Virus record (IMG/VR): IMGVR_UViG_3300042905_005059 | Span: 9,279 to 73,278 of that record | Origin: a virus | Taxonomy: Duplodnaviria > Caudoviricetes | Length of the DNA: 64,000 nt | Direction: 5' to 3' (one strand) | Shown: positions 39,072-49,378 of the stretch, in pieces | How the letters are laid out: the number at the start of each line of letters is the position of its first letter | Position numbering within the stretch: position 1 is the stretch's first letter | Program-made: the position numbers and the translations under genes | The notes under the pieces: model-generated | The model's database searches: none | Seen by the model: only the letters and a program-made list of their open reading frames with translations | What the model was told of the DNA's origin: nothing

Positions 39072-40538
39072 TTAAAGCACTTCTCCATCCGAACCTGAGT
39101 CATCTAGCTCTGGGCGCAAAGCTCTTGCATCTACAATATCAGACAAGGTTCCACGCTCTTCTACGTTAAAGTTAGCTATATTAAAACTAATGAAATTAGG
39201 CTGATATTTAACTGATCGGCCTTGTTGAATTCTTACGAGATCGTGATGGCCTTGAGAGTCTCTGCCTTGAAACCGAGTGGCAAGTGGTATCATCTTGTGA
39301 GATCCAAAATCCTGCCCATCTTCAGCGATCTCTTCCACAGTCTTGCGCCTGAAGATAGCGACGTATGAAGCGTACCATTGCAAGCGATCAGATTGAGAGA
39401 TCGCGCTGCTATCATCCACGCCATTCTCTGCGCTTCGATTCAATTGACAAGCAGTAAGAATTGGAACATTTAATTCAAGAGAAAGCTCTTTCAAAGAGTT
39501 GACTTTTTCGCCAATCAACTGGTACTCTTGCTTATTCTTATCTGATTCTCCGGTTAATTTGATGTAGTCATAAATAATAACGCATTGGTTTCCACGGCCA
39601 ACCTTTGAAAAATACCAGCGCTTTACAATAGACACAATCTCTCCTATTGGTTTCCCAGCTACCTGAAGATGATCTACTTGATTGCTAACGCTTTTTATTG
39701 TGGCTTTACTATCTTGAAATTTAGCGTAAAGCTGAGCATTCTTTTTCCAATTGCCAGTTTCAAGATGCCATACTGGAATTCCTGTAAGAGATGAAGCTAT
39801 TCTGAACTTCATATCTATTGTTGCCATTTCAGTATCAAGGACAAGAGCTTTGCAGCCTTTGTTTATACTTGTTACTTTTATAGCAAGATCATTAAGAATA
39901 GTAGACTTACCATGCTTTGGTCGACTTACCCAAGCATAAAGATTGCCGGGGCGAATGCCGCCATATAAGCGATTGAAGTTTTCGTATGGGGTCTGTAGAC
40001 CATTTTCAGAAATAGGATTATTTCCGCGCTCTTCAATGATTTCAATAATATTAGAAGTTACGTCTTCTGGCTTATTGCTTTCATTTGTGTAGACGCAGAT
40101 TTTACTATTGTAAATTTTATCTGCTTCTGTTATGATTTCTTCTATAGGCTTGTCGGCGCAATTATGAGCAAAAGCTTTAATTTCTTGCCCAGTTGTTTCG
40201 ATTTCTCTGCGGATTCTATATTTCACTAATTCCTTAGCAGCTTCGACTAGGCCCTGCTTAGTGGTTGGGATAAGGCATACACTATTAACATAATTAAAGA
40301 TGTCAATAGATTGATCTTTGAAAGTAATGCCAAGATTTTGAGCTTTTTGAGCGATTAAAATCTTATCTATCTGCTCGCCTTTGCTGAACGTTTCTCTAAA
40401 GACGCAAAAAATAGTATAATGGACTTCGTTGATAAAGTCTTTCTCGTTAATGAAAGATTCTATGTCTGAAAAAGACTCTGGATGTTTGATCAGTCCAGAT
40501 ATGGCGTATTTTTCGATTTGAAGCGAGTAAATTGACAT
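39072..40538 (-). CDS. dnaB: Replicative DnaB-like helicase
   Basis: Walker A SRPKHGKST, LDTEM, IIYDYIKL, ACQLNR; DnaB-like N-terminus. Confidence 0.9.
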   Translation of the reverse strand: MSIYSLQIEKYAISGLIKHPESFSDIESFINEKDFINEVHYTIFCVFRETFSKGEQIDKILIAQKAQNLGITFKDQSIDIFNYVNSVCLIPTTKQGLVEAAKELVKYRIRREIETTGQEIKAFAHNCADKPIEEIITEADKIYNSKICVYTNESNKPEDVTSNIIEIIEERGNNPISENGLQTPYENFNRLYGGIRPGNLYAWVSRPKHGKSTILNDLAIKVTSINKGCKALVLDTEMATIDMKFRIASSLTGIPVWHLETGNWKKNAQLYAKFQDSKATIKSVSNQVDHLQVAGKPIGEIVSIVKRWYFSKVGRGNQCVIIYDYIKLTGESDKNKQEYQLIGEKVNSLKELSLELNVPILTACQLNRSAENGVDDSSAISQSDRLQWYASYVAIFRRKTVEEIAEDGQDFGSHKMIPLATRFQGRDSQGHHDLVRIQQGRSVKYQPNFISFNIANFNVEERGTLSDIVDARALRPELDDSGSDGEVL

Positions 40539-40954
40539 TAAAGATTTATATTGAATTTGTCTTTGAAAAACTGCTCCGTCAGGTCTTTGACTTCATTCTC
40601 GTAAATTTCCACTAACTGAAATTTATTCAAAGAAAGCCAATTTTCTTTTGCTACATCTCTCTTGATAGACTTTAAATAGTTAAGTCTAGAGTCTGCATGG
40701 AAAAACTTATTAAAAGCTGAATGCTGCCTGCCGTGAACCTCTACGGCTATTTTAAGCGTTGCATTAATTATGTCTACTTTTAATCTAGACCCAAAGACAG
40801 GAAACTCTTCGTAAACTATATGATTCTTCCAGTATTTTTTAAGAAACTGCTTGGTATTAAATTGTACTTTAGAGCGAGAAGAAGCATCCCAATCAATTAA
40901 ATATTGGGACACATTTTTACTTACCGCTTTTCCGTACACATTTAAAAGTTTCAT
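40538..40954 (-). CDS. Vsr/DUF559-like endonuclease
   Basis: EEFPV....LKVDI......IAVEVHGRQH...RD..KENW....LVEIY. Confidence 0.75.
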   Translation of the reverse strand: MKLLNVYGKAVSKNVSQYLIDWDASSRSKVQFNTKQFLKKYWKNHIVYEEFPVFGSRLKVDIINATLKIAVEVHGRQHSAFNKFFHADSRLNYLKSIKRDVAKENWLSLNKFQLVEIYENEVKDLTEQFFKDKFNINL

Positions 40955-42063
40955 TTCTTAAGAGCGCTAATGAATTTATTAAAAAGATACTTAGTTATAT
41001 CTTCATGTTCTTCGAGGAAGTTCTTTAGATTTGCTTCGCCTTGATGTTGCTTTGGCATTTCTAAAGAATTATCGGCAAGCTCTTTAATAAGCTCATCAGT
41101 AATTGTAATCCAAGCTCCCTTCGCATGGGCGAACTCCCAAGCCAAAAGCTGGTCTACGATCTCGTATTCCACCCAAACGCTTGACCCATTAGAGCGACCA
41201 TACTTAATGGGGTATCGAACTTCTCTGCCAGACTTTTCGTTTGGAGTTTTCTTGAAAACGATCTTGCACCAATGACCAACTGGATTGCCTTCGCCCTTAG
41301 CGTTGGCATAAATGAAATCTTTATTCCAGCGCTGCTGGAACTCTAGAATCCAATCAGAATAGTGCAAAGCAGCATTTCCGCCGCTTGCGTTGGTAACCTT
41401 CGGGTCTCCCTTCTCATATGGGTTTATCTTGATGGAAGATCTAACCTGAGAGATCAAGAAACAGATATGTCCTCTAGAAGAGAAAGCTGTAGCCATTTTG
41501 CGCAAAAGATCAGAAGTAAGTAGAGCGGCACCAGCAGTTTTGTTGGCTTCTGTAGCAGACTTTGCCAAGTCGTTTCTGGGAACGAGAGCATCAAGACTGT
41601 CTATGATAAAGAAATAAATATTGCCTTCGTCATTATCTTTGATTAGCTCACGCATTGTATCCGTTACAAATTCATAATCATTGGTAGGGATAACTCGCCA
41701 CTTTGCTGGATCAATATTAACTCCTGATCTAGACACCATGTTTTCGCTGAGTCGGCCTTCTGATTTGATGTAAATAATGCAGCCTTTTTCAGGATGCATC
41801 AATTGAAAATTACGAGCAAATGCCAGTGCATTGCTGGTTTTGCCGCCTTCAGTAATTCCGGATGATCGGATAATGCCCGGATGAATTCCACCGCCCATCT
41901 CAATATCCAAGGTCAGACTTCCGCTGCTAATGACATAATCAATATTATTGTCAAATGCATAATGGTGATCCTTGTTTCTGTTGAGAATATTATCTAGGAC
42001 TTTGAGCTTTCCTGATGCTGTTTGCTCTGCTTGTTCTTGAGCTTCTTTTTTTTGCCTTGCCAT
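40951..42063 (-). CDS. recA: RecA/UvsX-like recombinase
   Basis: SSGSLTLDIEMGGG, Walker A GITEGGKT, FIIDSL, ISQVR, GGNAALHYSD. Confidence 0.9.
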   Translation of the reverse strand: MARQKKEAQEQAEQTASGKLKVLDNILNRNKDHHYAFDNNIDYVISSGSLTLDIEMGGGIHPGIIRSSGITEGGKTSNALAFARNFQLMHPEKGCIIYIKSEGRLSENMVSRSGVNIDPAKWRVIPTNDYEFVTDTMRELIKDNDEGNIYFFIIDSLDALVPRNDLAKSATEANKTAGAALLTSDLLRKMATAFSSRGHICFLISQVRSSIKINPYEKGDPKVTNASGGNAALHYSDWILEFQQRWNKDFIYANAKGEGNPVGHWCKIVFKKTPNEKSGREVRYPIKYGRSNGSSVWVEYEIVDQLLAWEFAHAKGAWITITDELIKELADNSLEMPKQHQGEANLKNFLEEHEDITKYLFNKFISALKK

Positions 42064-42067
42064 ATTA

Positions 42068-42424
42068 TTATTTGTTGAAAATATTTAAGAATTCTTTGAG
42101 CGATGTCGGCTTCTTGTTTACCTCTACAGTTGGGGCTATAGAGGTTTCTTCTAATTTAATTTCTTGCTTATCTGGGAATAGATTCTGATAAGCTTTCGCT
42201 TCTACAAGGAATCTTTTGCCTTTGTCAGTCAAGAACCAGCACATAGAAGGGATCTTGACTCTTCCTTTTAAAGAAAATAAAAAATCAAACCCATGTTCTT
42301 TAATTATGGTATTTGATATTTTAACTTCTTTAGCCCATAGACATGTTTTGGGCTCGAAAAGAAAGGCGTGAACTAGTTGCTGGCCTTCAGACAACTTTCT
42401 TTCGCCATTCTTTTTCGCAGTCAT
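42068..42424 (-). CDS. Hypothetical protein
   Basis: 118-aa ORF with its own promoter, first gene of the replication operon. Confidence 0.7.
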   Translation of the reverse strand: MTAKKNGERKLSEGQQLVHAFLFEPKTCLWAKEVKISNTIIKEHGFDFLFSLKGRVKIPSMCWFLTDKGKRFLVEAKAYQNLFPDKQEIKLEETSIAPTVEVNKKPTSLKEFLNIFNK

Positions 42425-42430
42425 GGGCTC

Positions 42431-42459
42431 ATTATGAGGCTCTTCTCAACGCTTGTCAA
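42431..42459 (-). promoter_or_regulatory. Sigma-70-type leaderless promoter
   Basis: TTGACA-N17-CATAAT, 6 nt before ATG 42424; overlaps the gmd 3' end. Confidence 0.78.
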
Positions 42460-43510
42460 GAAGGTAAATGTCATGCTTTACCATTTTATCTACCAGATTT
42501 AAGAAGTTGATCTTTGGATTCCAGCCCAGCTCTTTTCTTGCTGGCGTAGAATCTCCAACAAGAATATCTACTTCTGCTGGTCTATAGAATTTAGAGTTAA
42601 TAGAAATAAGCGTGGAAGACAGAGGTTCTCTCTTTAATGCGTATTCAGTGGTAATAGAATACTCTTCGTTCAAATTCGAGCCGTGCCAATTACCATCAAT
42701 GTTAGCAATCTTAAATGCAACTTCAATAAATTCTCTTATAGAATGAGTTTCGTTGCTTGATAAAACATAATCTTTCGGCTTATCTTGGTTTAACATTCTC
42801 CAGACTCCATCGACAAAATCTTCAGAATCTGACCAGTCTCTTTTGGCGTCTAGATTGCCAAGCTCAATTGGAGCAAATGGCTGATTATCTAAAATAGCTT
42901 TATAAATTCTTGCTACTCCTTTTGTGATTTTTCTGGTTACAAACTCTTCTCCGCGCTTAGTACCTTCGTGATTAAAAAGAATACCATGAACAGCATAGAG
43001 ATTGTAAGATTCTCTATAAACCTTAACGGCATGCCTTGCTGCTGCCTTAGATGCGCCATATGGACTTCTTGGCCTAATTGGATGATAGATGTCTTGAGGA
43101 CAGTAAGCTACGTCGCCAAACTCTTCGCTTGATCCAGCAGAGTAAAATTTACAATCCGGTTTAAATCTACGAATAGCCTCAAGGCATCGAACAACTCCAG
43201 TAGCATTGGTGTCAAAAGTTTGCAATGGAATTTCCCAGCTACATCCAACAAAACTTTGTGCTGCAAAATTAATAAAATAATCAGGTTGGATTTCTTTAAC
43301 TGCATTATCTACGCTAACGCTGTCAGACAGGTCTCCATAAATGATCTTGAACCTAGCATCGCCTAAAAAAGCAGAGCAGTTTATAAAGTTAGGATTTGAG
43401 CTGCGCCTAATCATTCCAAATATTTGGTAATTAGTGTTCTTAAGTAGATATTCTACCATGTTTGCGCCATCTTGCCCTAGAATGCCTGTTACTAGTATTT
43501 TCTTATTCAT
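42446..43510 (-). CDS. gmd: GDP-mannose 4,6-dehydratase
   Basis: ITGILGQDG-type Rossmann start (VTGILGQDGA), NFAAQSFV, SSEEFG, PRSPYGASK, GILFNHE, FVTRKIT, LGNLDAKRDW, RPAEVD. Confidence 0.95.
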   Translation of the reverse strand: MNKKILVTGILGQDGANMVEYLLKNTNYQIFGMIRRSSNPNFINCSAFLGDARFKIIYGDLSDSVSVDNAVKEIQPDYFINFAAQSFVGCSWEIPLQTFDTNATGVVRCLEAIRRFKPDCKFYSAGSSEEFGDVAYCPQDIYHPIRPRSPYGASKAAARHAVKVYRESYNLYAVHGILFNHEGTKRGEEFVTRKITKGVARIYKAILDNQPFAPIELGNLDAKRDWSDSEDFVDGVWRMLNQDKPKDYVLSSNETHSIREFIEVAFKIANIDGNWHGSNLNEEYSITTEYALKREPLSSTLISINSKFYRPAEVDILVGDSTPARKELGWNPKINFLNLVDKMVKHDIYLLDKR

Positions 43511-43511
43511 A

Positions 43512-43871
43512 TTAATATCCTATTTTAACTTCTTTTACTTCGTTATTAAAAAATTTATTTTGAAGAGCTACCTTCTTTTGGTATCTGTTATAATTAGAAT
43601 CATCTACTAATTTTGCCAAACCATTATCTTTCTTGACCTGATCTACTAAATCGAATGTATTTTCGTTAGCGTCTCTAAGGTTTTGATATTCTTCGCTTGC
43701 TACAATTTGTTCATATAGATCAAAGCCGATTTGGCTTATGATCTCTTTTGACAAATTTTGATAGTTTGATACAAGCTTTTCTTTGTCTTGTTTGGAAGAT
43801 TTAATTATTTTAACTTGAGTAATACTCAATATGTCGAAAGCAAAACCTTCGTCTAGTGAAATTTTAAGCAT
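43512..43871 (-). CDS. Hypothetical protein (DUF6165-like, sugar-locus associated)
   Basis: ISLDEGFAFDILSITQVK...N..RYQKK resembles small helical proteins found in sugar loci. Confidence 0.4.
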   Translation of the reverse strand: MLKISLDEGFAFDILSITQVKIIKSSKQDKEKLVSNYQNLSKEIISQIGFDLYEQIVASEEYQNLRDANENTFDLVDQVKKDNGLAKLVDDSNYNRYQKKVALQNKFFNNEVKEVKIGY

Positions 43872-45030
43872 ATTTATTTATGGTTGTTATTAAAGAGTCT
43901 ATTTGATTTTTAGTTACCTTTGGATGCAGGCCAACATAAAAGCCGTTGTTGTGCAAAAATTCGCTATTTGGAAAGTTTTTATAATCTCCGAATTGCTTAT
44001 AACAAGTTTGGCGCAGAAGATTGCCTGATATAATTGGTCTAGTTTCTATTAAATTTCTTTCGCATTCTTTAATAATAGCGGTCAAATCAATTGCATTTTT
44101 AAATACAATTGGAATGCAAAACGCTACATGGTCTCTATCTGGGAACTCTTCTGGCAACAAAAGCTTTTCATTTGGAAGACATTCCTTAAAGTAATTAAAT
44201 AATTCAGTTCTTGAGGCTATGTATTCACTAGCTCTTTTAAGATCAATTCTTCCAATTAGAGCATGTATATCTGAGTTTCTATAATTATTTCCGAGCAAGA
44301 AAAAGTCGAACCTCTCGTTTACGTCTTTGTTCAAGAACTTAGACTTTTGATCGTTTGGCAAAGCTCTGACTAAACCGTGGTTTCTCGCTAATAGAAAATA
44401 ATTATACTCATCATCATCATTGGTGAAAATAAATCCGCCTTCCACACTTTGGAGTTGATGGCCGAAGTATGTACTTGTGGTAGAGGTAAAGAAAGAGGAG
44501 ATGTTCTTGCCAGCAAACGAGCCAAAAGTATTCTCGCAGTTATCCATCAAGACTCTAACTTTATATTTTTTAGATATTTTTTCAAGCCTTTCAACATCTG
44601 GAACAAAGCCCAAAAGAGAAGTTATAAAAATTGCTTCTATAGATTTATCTTTAGATACGACATCTTCTACAACGTCGAGATCCATAGAAAAATCACTTAA
44701 ATTAATATCCACAAAAACTGGCTCAAAGCCTTCTCTTACAAAAGGAGAAACTGAAGTAGTCCAAGTTGTTGATGGGAAAATGATCTTTCTGATTTTATTA
44801 GTGGAGTTCTTGAGAGAGTCTTTCAAGTAACAGGCTAAAATAGTATTAGCTGTCGAGCCGCTGGATACAAAAACAGCATGCTTAGCCCCTACAAAATTGG
44901 CCATTTCTGATTCAAAATTCTTTACATGCTTATCCATTGTCCACCTATTGGACGGAAGCAAGAAAAAAAGAGCCAACTTTATTCTATCTAACCAAGTAAA
45001 CTGAGAGTCATTCAAGTTCCATTTTTGCAT
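43864..45030 (-). CDS. colD: ColD-like GDP-4-keto-6-deoxy-D-mannose 3-dehydratase (DegT/DnrJ fold, His in place of Lys)
   Basis: WTMDKHVKNFE, VFVSSGSTAN, DNCE, TSTYFGHQLQSVEGG (His at the Schiff-base Lys position), RNHG, ETRPIISGN. Two genes from gmd. Confidence 0.75.
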   Translation of the reverse strand: MQKWNLNDSQFTWLDRIKLALFFLLPSNRWTMDKHVKNFESEMANFVGAKHAVFVSSGSTANTILACYLKDSLKNSTNKIRKIIFPSTTWTTSVSPFVREGFEPVFVDINLSDFSMDLDVVEDVVSKDKSIEAIFITSLLGFVPDVERLEKISKKYKVRVLMDNCENTFGSFAGKNISSFFTSTTSTYFGHQLQSVEGGFIFTNDDDEYNYFLLARNHGLVRALPNDQKSKFLNKDVNERFDFFLLGNNYRNSDIHALIGRIDLKRASEYIASRTELFNYFKECLPNEKLLLPEEFPDRDHVAFCIPIVFKNAIDLTAIIKECERNLIETRPIISGNLLRQTCYKQFGDYKNFPNSEFLHNNGFYVGLHPKVTKNQIDSLITTINKYA

Positions 45031-46045
45031 ATGTTTCTATTTCTTCCTTTATTTTATTAATTGTATTGTCCCAAGTAAAATTTTTAAGCACGCTTTCTTT
45101 GTGTTTTTTTGCTATATCTTTATATAGAGAATAATTAATAAAAGAATGATGCAAAGATTCTAAAATATTTTGCCTGATAACTCTTTCGCCATATATCTGA
45201 CCAGAAAATAAATTGAGAAAATGTTCTGGAAAGACATTTATTCCTTTGCTTTGCCACTCTTTGATAGCGTAAGAATCTACGACTTTCATTTCAGTTTTTA
45301 TTTTTATTGGCTGACTCCATTCAGGTATGAATTCTTTTAGAGCAGAACCAAGCGTGACTATGGCTGGAGTTCCACACAGAACAGAGTCCATGGGGTTCAT
45401 GCCAAAAGAAGTAGTATGGTTTGTGTATAAAAATAAATGGCTTTTATTATAAAGAGTTCTTATAGAGCATTCAGTCAGAGGTTTATTTATATATATGATT
45501 TTTTCACATTTTAACGACTCTACGTATTTAGCAAAAGCTTCATTTTTGCCATCTTTTATTATTAGTTGGGTATCTATATTTTTACTAAACTCAATAAATG
45601 CTGGAATAAGTTCTTCTAGACCGCTTCTTTCGTTGCTAGAATTAACAGTTAAATATGTAAATTTAGAAAACTTTTCTTCTCCAGTCTCAAACCATATATC
45701 TTTATCAGAGCCTAAATGAACGCTTGAAACTTTTTCATATCCAGAGTTTATTATATTATTTTTGGCAAAATCGCTAATAGCCAAGACTAGCGGATTATAT
45801 TTTTTGAGTTTTTGAATAACTATATTAGGCGTTAAAGAATATTCGCAAGCCAGCAGAGGAATTTGCCTTGCCCACCTTTGTTCAGTGTCGAATACTTCTG
45901 GATAAACAACAAAAGTTTTGGGGTCGTTGATATCGCCTAAAAGGTTATACTTGGAAAAAAATTTGTTTAGCTGTCTGGCGACAATAGTAAATGATCCAAA
46001 TTCATTTCCATTATAAAGTTTGTCGTTATAGGCGAATAATTTCAT
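45008..46045 (-). CDS. GT4-like glycosyltransferase
   Basis: LAISDFAK, FTYLTVNSSNERSGLEELI, TSFGMNPMDSVLCGTPAIVT. Confidence 0.75.
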   Translation of the reverse strand: MKLFAYNDKLYNGNEFGSFTIVARQLNKFFSKYNLLGDINDPKTFVVYPEVFDTEQRWARQIPLLACEYSLTPNIVIQKLKKYNPLVLAISDFAKNNIINSGYEKVSSVHLGSDKDIWFETGEEKFSKFTYLTVNSSNERSGLEELIPAFIEFSKNIDTQLIIKDGKNEAFAKYVESLKCEKIIYINKPLTECSIRTLYNKSHLFLYTNHTTSFGMNPMDSVLCGTPAIVTLGSALKEFIPEWSQPIKIKTEMKVVDSYAIKEWQSKGINVFPEHFLNLFSGQIYGERVIRQNILESLHHSFINYSLYKDIAKKHKESVLKNFTWDNTINKIKEEIETYAKMELE

Positions 46046-46886
46046 CTGTTTTGCAAAGTAGTTCTTCTATTTTATGATTGGAGGAGAACGAATCAGAAAG
46101 TATATTTTGAGTTAAATTTCCTTCTGGAGCAAGAGCGGTCTTATTAGAGTGATGATTTGGCAACCAAACACTTAAAAGATTTATTTGCGGAACCATTGAG
46201 TAAGCTCCAGTAACCCACATAGAGCCAGAGTCTGTTCCTATTATTATCTTGCATCCAAGAGATTTAAAAATTTGATCGCAGAAATTTAAATTTGTCATCT
46301 TGTGATAGTTTGGGCTGTCAATTATTGTTGGCTCATTAGTAAAGCCGAAATGCAAAACCTTGTGATTTTTAGAAAGTACTTTTAGGACTCTAACCCACCA
46401 GTCTAAAGAAGGACTTCTTCGTGAGTTAGAAGATCCATATCCAGCAAATGGCCAAATAGCTATTGCATTTTGATCTTTAATTTTTTCTGTTTGTGGGTAT
46501 AATTTTGGAATTTTATCATTAGCGGCTAAAGAAATATATTTATTATAAAGATCTTCTGATGCCATTAGCATAGTTTCCTCACAGCAGCTTCTGTAATTAT
46601 ACCAGTCTTGCTCTCGCGGGTGATGGGGAAAACAGTTAAATTTTAAATTAAAATTGTCCAAAGAAAGGTTTTTAGAGTCTTGGTCGTCAAAACTTTCTGT
46701 AGCATTTGTTATGTATACATTATCTATAAGAGGATGATTTCTGAATAGGTCTGCTGCTTGAGAGCATTTTCTAGCAATAGGAAATGTTATCTTGCAATTT
46801 GGGTGCGAGTTCTTTAATATTGTGAGACCCGGCAAAGACATTACAATATCACCAATTAATGAACCTCTAGAAAACAATATATTCAT
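46026..46886 (-). CDS. GT9-like glycosyltransferase
   Basis: SLIGDIVMSLPGL...HPLIDNV and IIGTDSGSMW (GT9 DSG motif). Confidence 0.8.
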   Translation of the reverse strand: MNILFSRGSLIGDIVMSLPGLTILKNSHPNCKITFPIARKCSQAADLFRNHPLIDNVYITNATESFDDQDSKNLSLDNFNLKFNCFPHHPREQDWYNYRSCCEETMLMASEDLYNKYISLAANDKIPKLYPQTEKIKDQNAIAIWPFAGYGSSNSRRSPSLDWWVRVLKVLSKNHKVLHFGFTNEPTIIDSPNYHKMTNLNFCDQIFKSLGCKIIIGTDSGSMWVTGAYSMVPQINLLSVWLPNHHSNKTALAPEGNLTQNILSDSFSSNHKIEELLCKTDEIIRL

Positions 46887-47704
46887 AGAATATAAGACGA
46901 GAACAGCTCTTTGTTATCAATCAAGAATTTGGGAAAAGATTCATCTATTTGGACTTTAGAAAATTCTGTTTGCTTTTTGCTTAGATTTTCGAGATGAATA
47001 AAGAATTTCTTATCTGAAGACATGAAGTTGTCAAAATGACTTTTAAACTCTTCAATAGTAGGAAGAGCAGATTTGTCAAATGGCTCTATGCAAGACAAGC
47101 TTTTTTCGTAAACTTTTTGATATCCACCAAGCCAACTGAAATGCCATCCGCAATTGGTAGCCTTATCGAGAAAGTCTTTATTGTTTCTAAGGGTCTGAGG
47201 GGAGTAATTTTTTAACACCTTGTTGGTGCAGCAAACTGTTCCTATCCATTTTCTATCCGTTGCTTTAAGATTTAAGAAATACGCATAGAAATCCATCTCA
47301 ATAGAAAAAATTGGATTTTGTTTTTTAGAAAGGATTTCTGGGGCTAAGGAAATTATTTCAGAGCTTGGTATCTCATCAAGATCAGAAATTAAAACGATAT
47401 CATCATCATTAGCTTGCAGCGAAGATATTCCATCTCGAATTTTATTTCTTTGGAAGTTTTCCATTTCCCATAGATTTTTTTCATTAGATGGGCACTCTTC
47501 AGCTTTGACTTTTACATGGACAATCTTATCTAGGAATTTGGAGAACCTTTTTTTGTTAACATCGAAATATAAAGGTTTAGGTTTTAGGCTTTGAGTAAGC
47601 TCGGCTTCCACCAAAACAAACTTATCAACAGCAGAATCAAGTTCATTTAGTCTTATCTCTAATAAGTCTAGTTCATTAAAAAATGGAAAAGCGTCTATAA
47701 TCAT
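46883..47704 (-). CDS. GT17-like (GnT-III-type) glycosyltransferase
   Basis: FFNELDLLEIRLNEL..VDKFVLVEA..T, ENFQRN, SDLDEIP, GWHFSWLGG. Confidence 0.85.
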   Translation of the reverse strand: MIIDAFPFFNELDLLEIRLNELDSAVDKFVLVEAELTQSLKPKPLYFDVNKKRFSKFLDKIVHVKVKAEECPSNEKNLWEMENFQRNKIRDGISSLQANDDDIVLISDLDEIPSSEIISLAPEILSKKQNPIFSIEMDFYAYFLNLKATDRKWIGTVCCTNKVLKNYSPQTLRNNKDFLDKATNCGWHFSWLGGYQKVYEKSLSCIEPFDKSALPTIEEFKSHFDNFMSSDKKFFIHLENLSKKQTEFSKVQIDESFPKFLIDNKELFSSYIL

Positions 47705-48429
47705 ATCTTTTTGTAGGAGAAAGTCGTGCCAATATCATTTTCTGTTTGATTGAAATATTGAATATTAAAATCTAACCATCCAGTATTTTCATTTAATGGA
47801 GAAATTGTTGACATGTCGTTTCTATTTAAAACTATTTTTTTATTTACTCTTGTGTAACAATTAGCAATCCACATTCCAGCGCCGCTATTGACTCCTATCA
47901 GAATAGACGAGCTTGATATGAGTTTTGCAGTGTCCCACATATTTAATCCAAGTTTATTTATAAATGGAGTCTTTTTATCTTTAGGGCCTCCTATTTGAAT
48001 TATTTCAAAGTTTTTATATGTTTGCGCTATATGATCTATAGTAGAATCACTTAAAGTTCCTCCCTCACTTTGACCGGTAGTATGAACAGTAATTCTATCT
48101 GGCTTTATTTCTGAGTCTTCAAACTTGTATATTCTTGGATGCCTTAAATTGATTTTAAAATTATGGAAACCAAGCCGTTCAAAAGATTTGTGCTTAAAAA
48201 ACCTTTCTGATGTAGATAGAAATCTTTCAGCAGGGAATTGAACAGGCCATAAGTCTATTTTTTCTGAGTACTTGTGATTGCCTCTGACGACATATGGGTT
48301 ATTATCATAAACCCAGCAATTGCAAAGATCTAATACCTTTTCTCCAGTATTATCAAAAATTATCTCTGGTAAAGCGGCAAACTGAAGCTTATCTCCAATT
48401 CCGGGGCCATTGTTTTCTAATGCTATCAT
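47701..48429 (-). CDS. GT9-like glycosyltransferase
   Basis: GPGIGDKLQF, IIQIGG, LIGVNSGAGMWIA. Confidence 0.6.
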   Translation of the reverse strand: MIALENNGPGIGDKLQFAALPEIIFDNTGEKVLDLCNCWVYDNNPYVVRGNHKYSEKIDLWPVQFPAERFLSTSERFFKHKSFERLGFHNFKINLRHPRIYKFEDSEIKPDRITVHTTGQSEGGTLSDSTIDHIAQTYKNFEIIQIGGPKDKKTPFINKLGLNMWDTAKLISSSSILIGVNSGAGMWIANCYTRVNKKIVLNRNDMSTISPLNENTGWLDFNIQYFNQTENDIGTTFSYKKI

Positions 48430-48433
48430 TTGT

Positions 48434-49378
48434 TTAACTATTTAGTATGCTTTTATGAGTGTTTACGCTATAGATTCTTCTTATAGCTTGATTATCAAAA
48501 TCTGTTATTTGAGGAACTAGGATATTAGCTTTATTTTTTAGTATTCTTTTCATTAAGTCACATACATATAGATGATCATAATTGAGAGGCAAACATGTCT
48601 CTGGGAAAGGCATCCATCTTATCTGGTGGCTTAAATAAGGAAAATGAGGATATGCAACTTGCCTGCTCATGCAAAGAGTGGGAACGTCATAGGCGTACCC
48701 AGCATATTTTAAACCGCTGTCGATAGAGAACATCAATTTTGCTCCAGAGATAACAAGGAAAGCGTTCTTCAAGTCAACGTCTAGAATTTCCACTCTATCG
48801 TTATTTTCAAAATCTTTATAAAAAAATCTTACATCAGCGGTGCATATTAACTTCACTTTGATAAAAGAGCTTGTTTCTTTTATTAGATTGTTTATATATT
48901 CTTGCTCTAAGCCGTGGTCGTTTTTAGAATTAGATACTAAATGAAAAGCAATATAATCTTCTGATGGAGTTATTCTATTAAGATCTGGCTTAGGAAAAAA
49001 TCTATAATATCTCATCCAGTCGAAATCAAAATTGCACCATTTCAAAGAATCTATATGCAAATCATAAAACTTATCATAAGACTCCATCTCTGCCCTGATT
49101 TCATCTGGTACGTTTTCTAATGCTCCAATATAAGATTTGTCTAGCCCAAATTGACAATTAATAAAAAAATCTTTATATTTTTTTCTTGGTATTATCTTGA
49201 TCTCTTTATAGTAAGATGGGTAAAGCGCTTCTAAGCCTTGCTTTTGAAAAGTCTTACCTTCGCTGTCTATATAAGCGGTTATTTCTGAGTCTGGATACTT
49301 CTCTTTTATAGCGTAAACAAAACGATTCCCCAAAAGACAATCTCCAAGCCCGCCTTCTAATCTAACTGATATGTTCAT
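48434..49378 (-). CDS. GT-B glycosyltransferase (GT9/GT11-like)
   Basis: VRLEGGLGDCL, YIAFH, MFSIDSGLKYAGYAYDVPT. Confidence 0.65.
   Translation of the reverse strand: MNISVRLEGGLGDCLLGNRFVYAIKEKYPDSEITAYIDSEGKTFQKQGLEALYPSYYKEIKIIPRKKYKDFFINCQFGLDKSYIGALENVPDEIRAEMESYDKFYDLHIDSLKWCNFDFDWMRYYRFFPKPDLNRITPSEDYIAFHLVSNSKNDHGLEQEYINNLIKETSSFIKVKLICTADVRFFYKDFENNDRVEILDVDLKNAFLVISGAKLMFSIDSGLKYAGYAYDVPTLCMSRQVAYPHFPYLSHQIRWMPFPETCLPLNYDHLYVCDLMKRILKNKANILVPQITDFDNQAIRRIYSVNTHKSILNS

Noticed and set aside
43864-45030. Perosamine synthase or RfbH (E1) assignment
   Set aside because: The catalytic Lys is replaced by His, and the E1 Fe-S Cys motif is absent.
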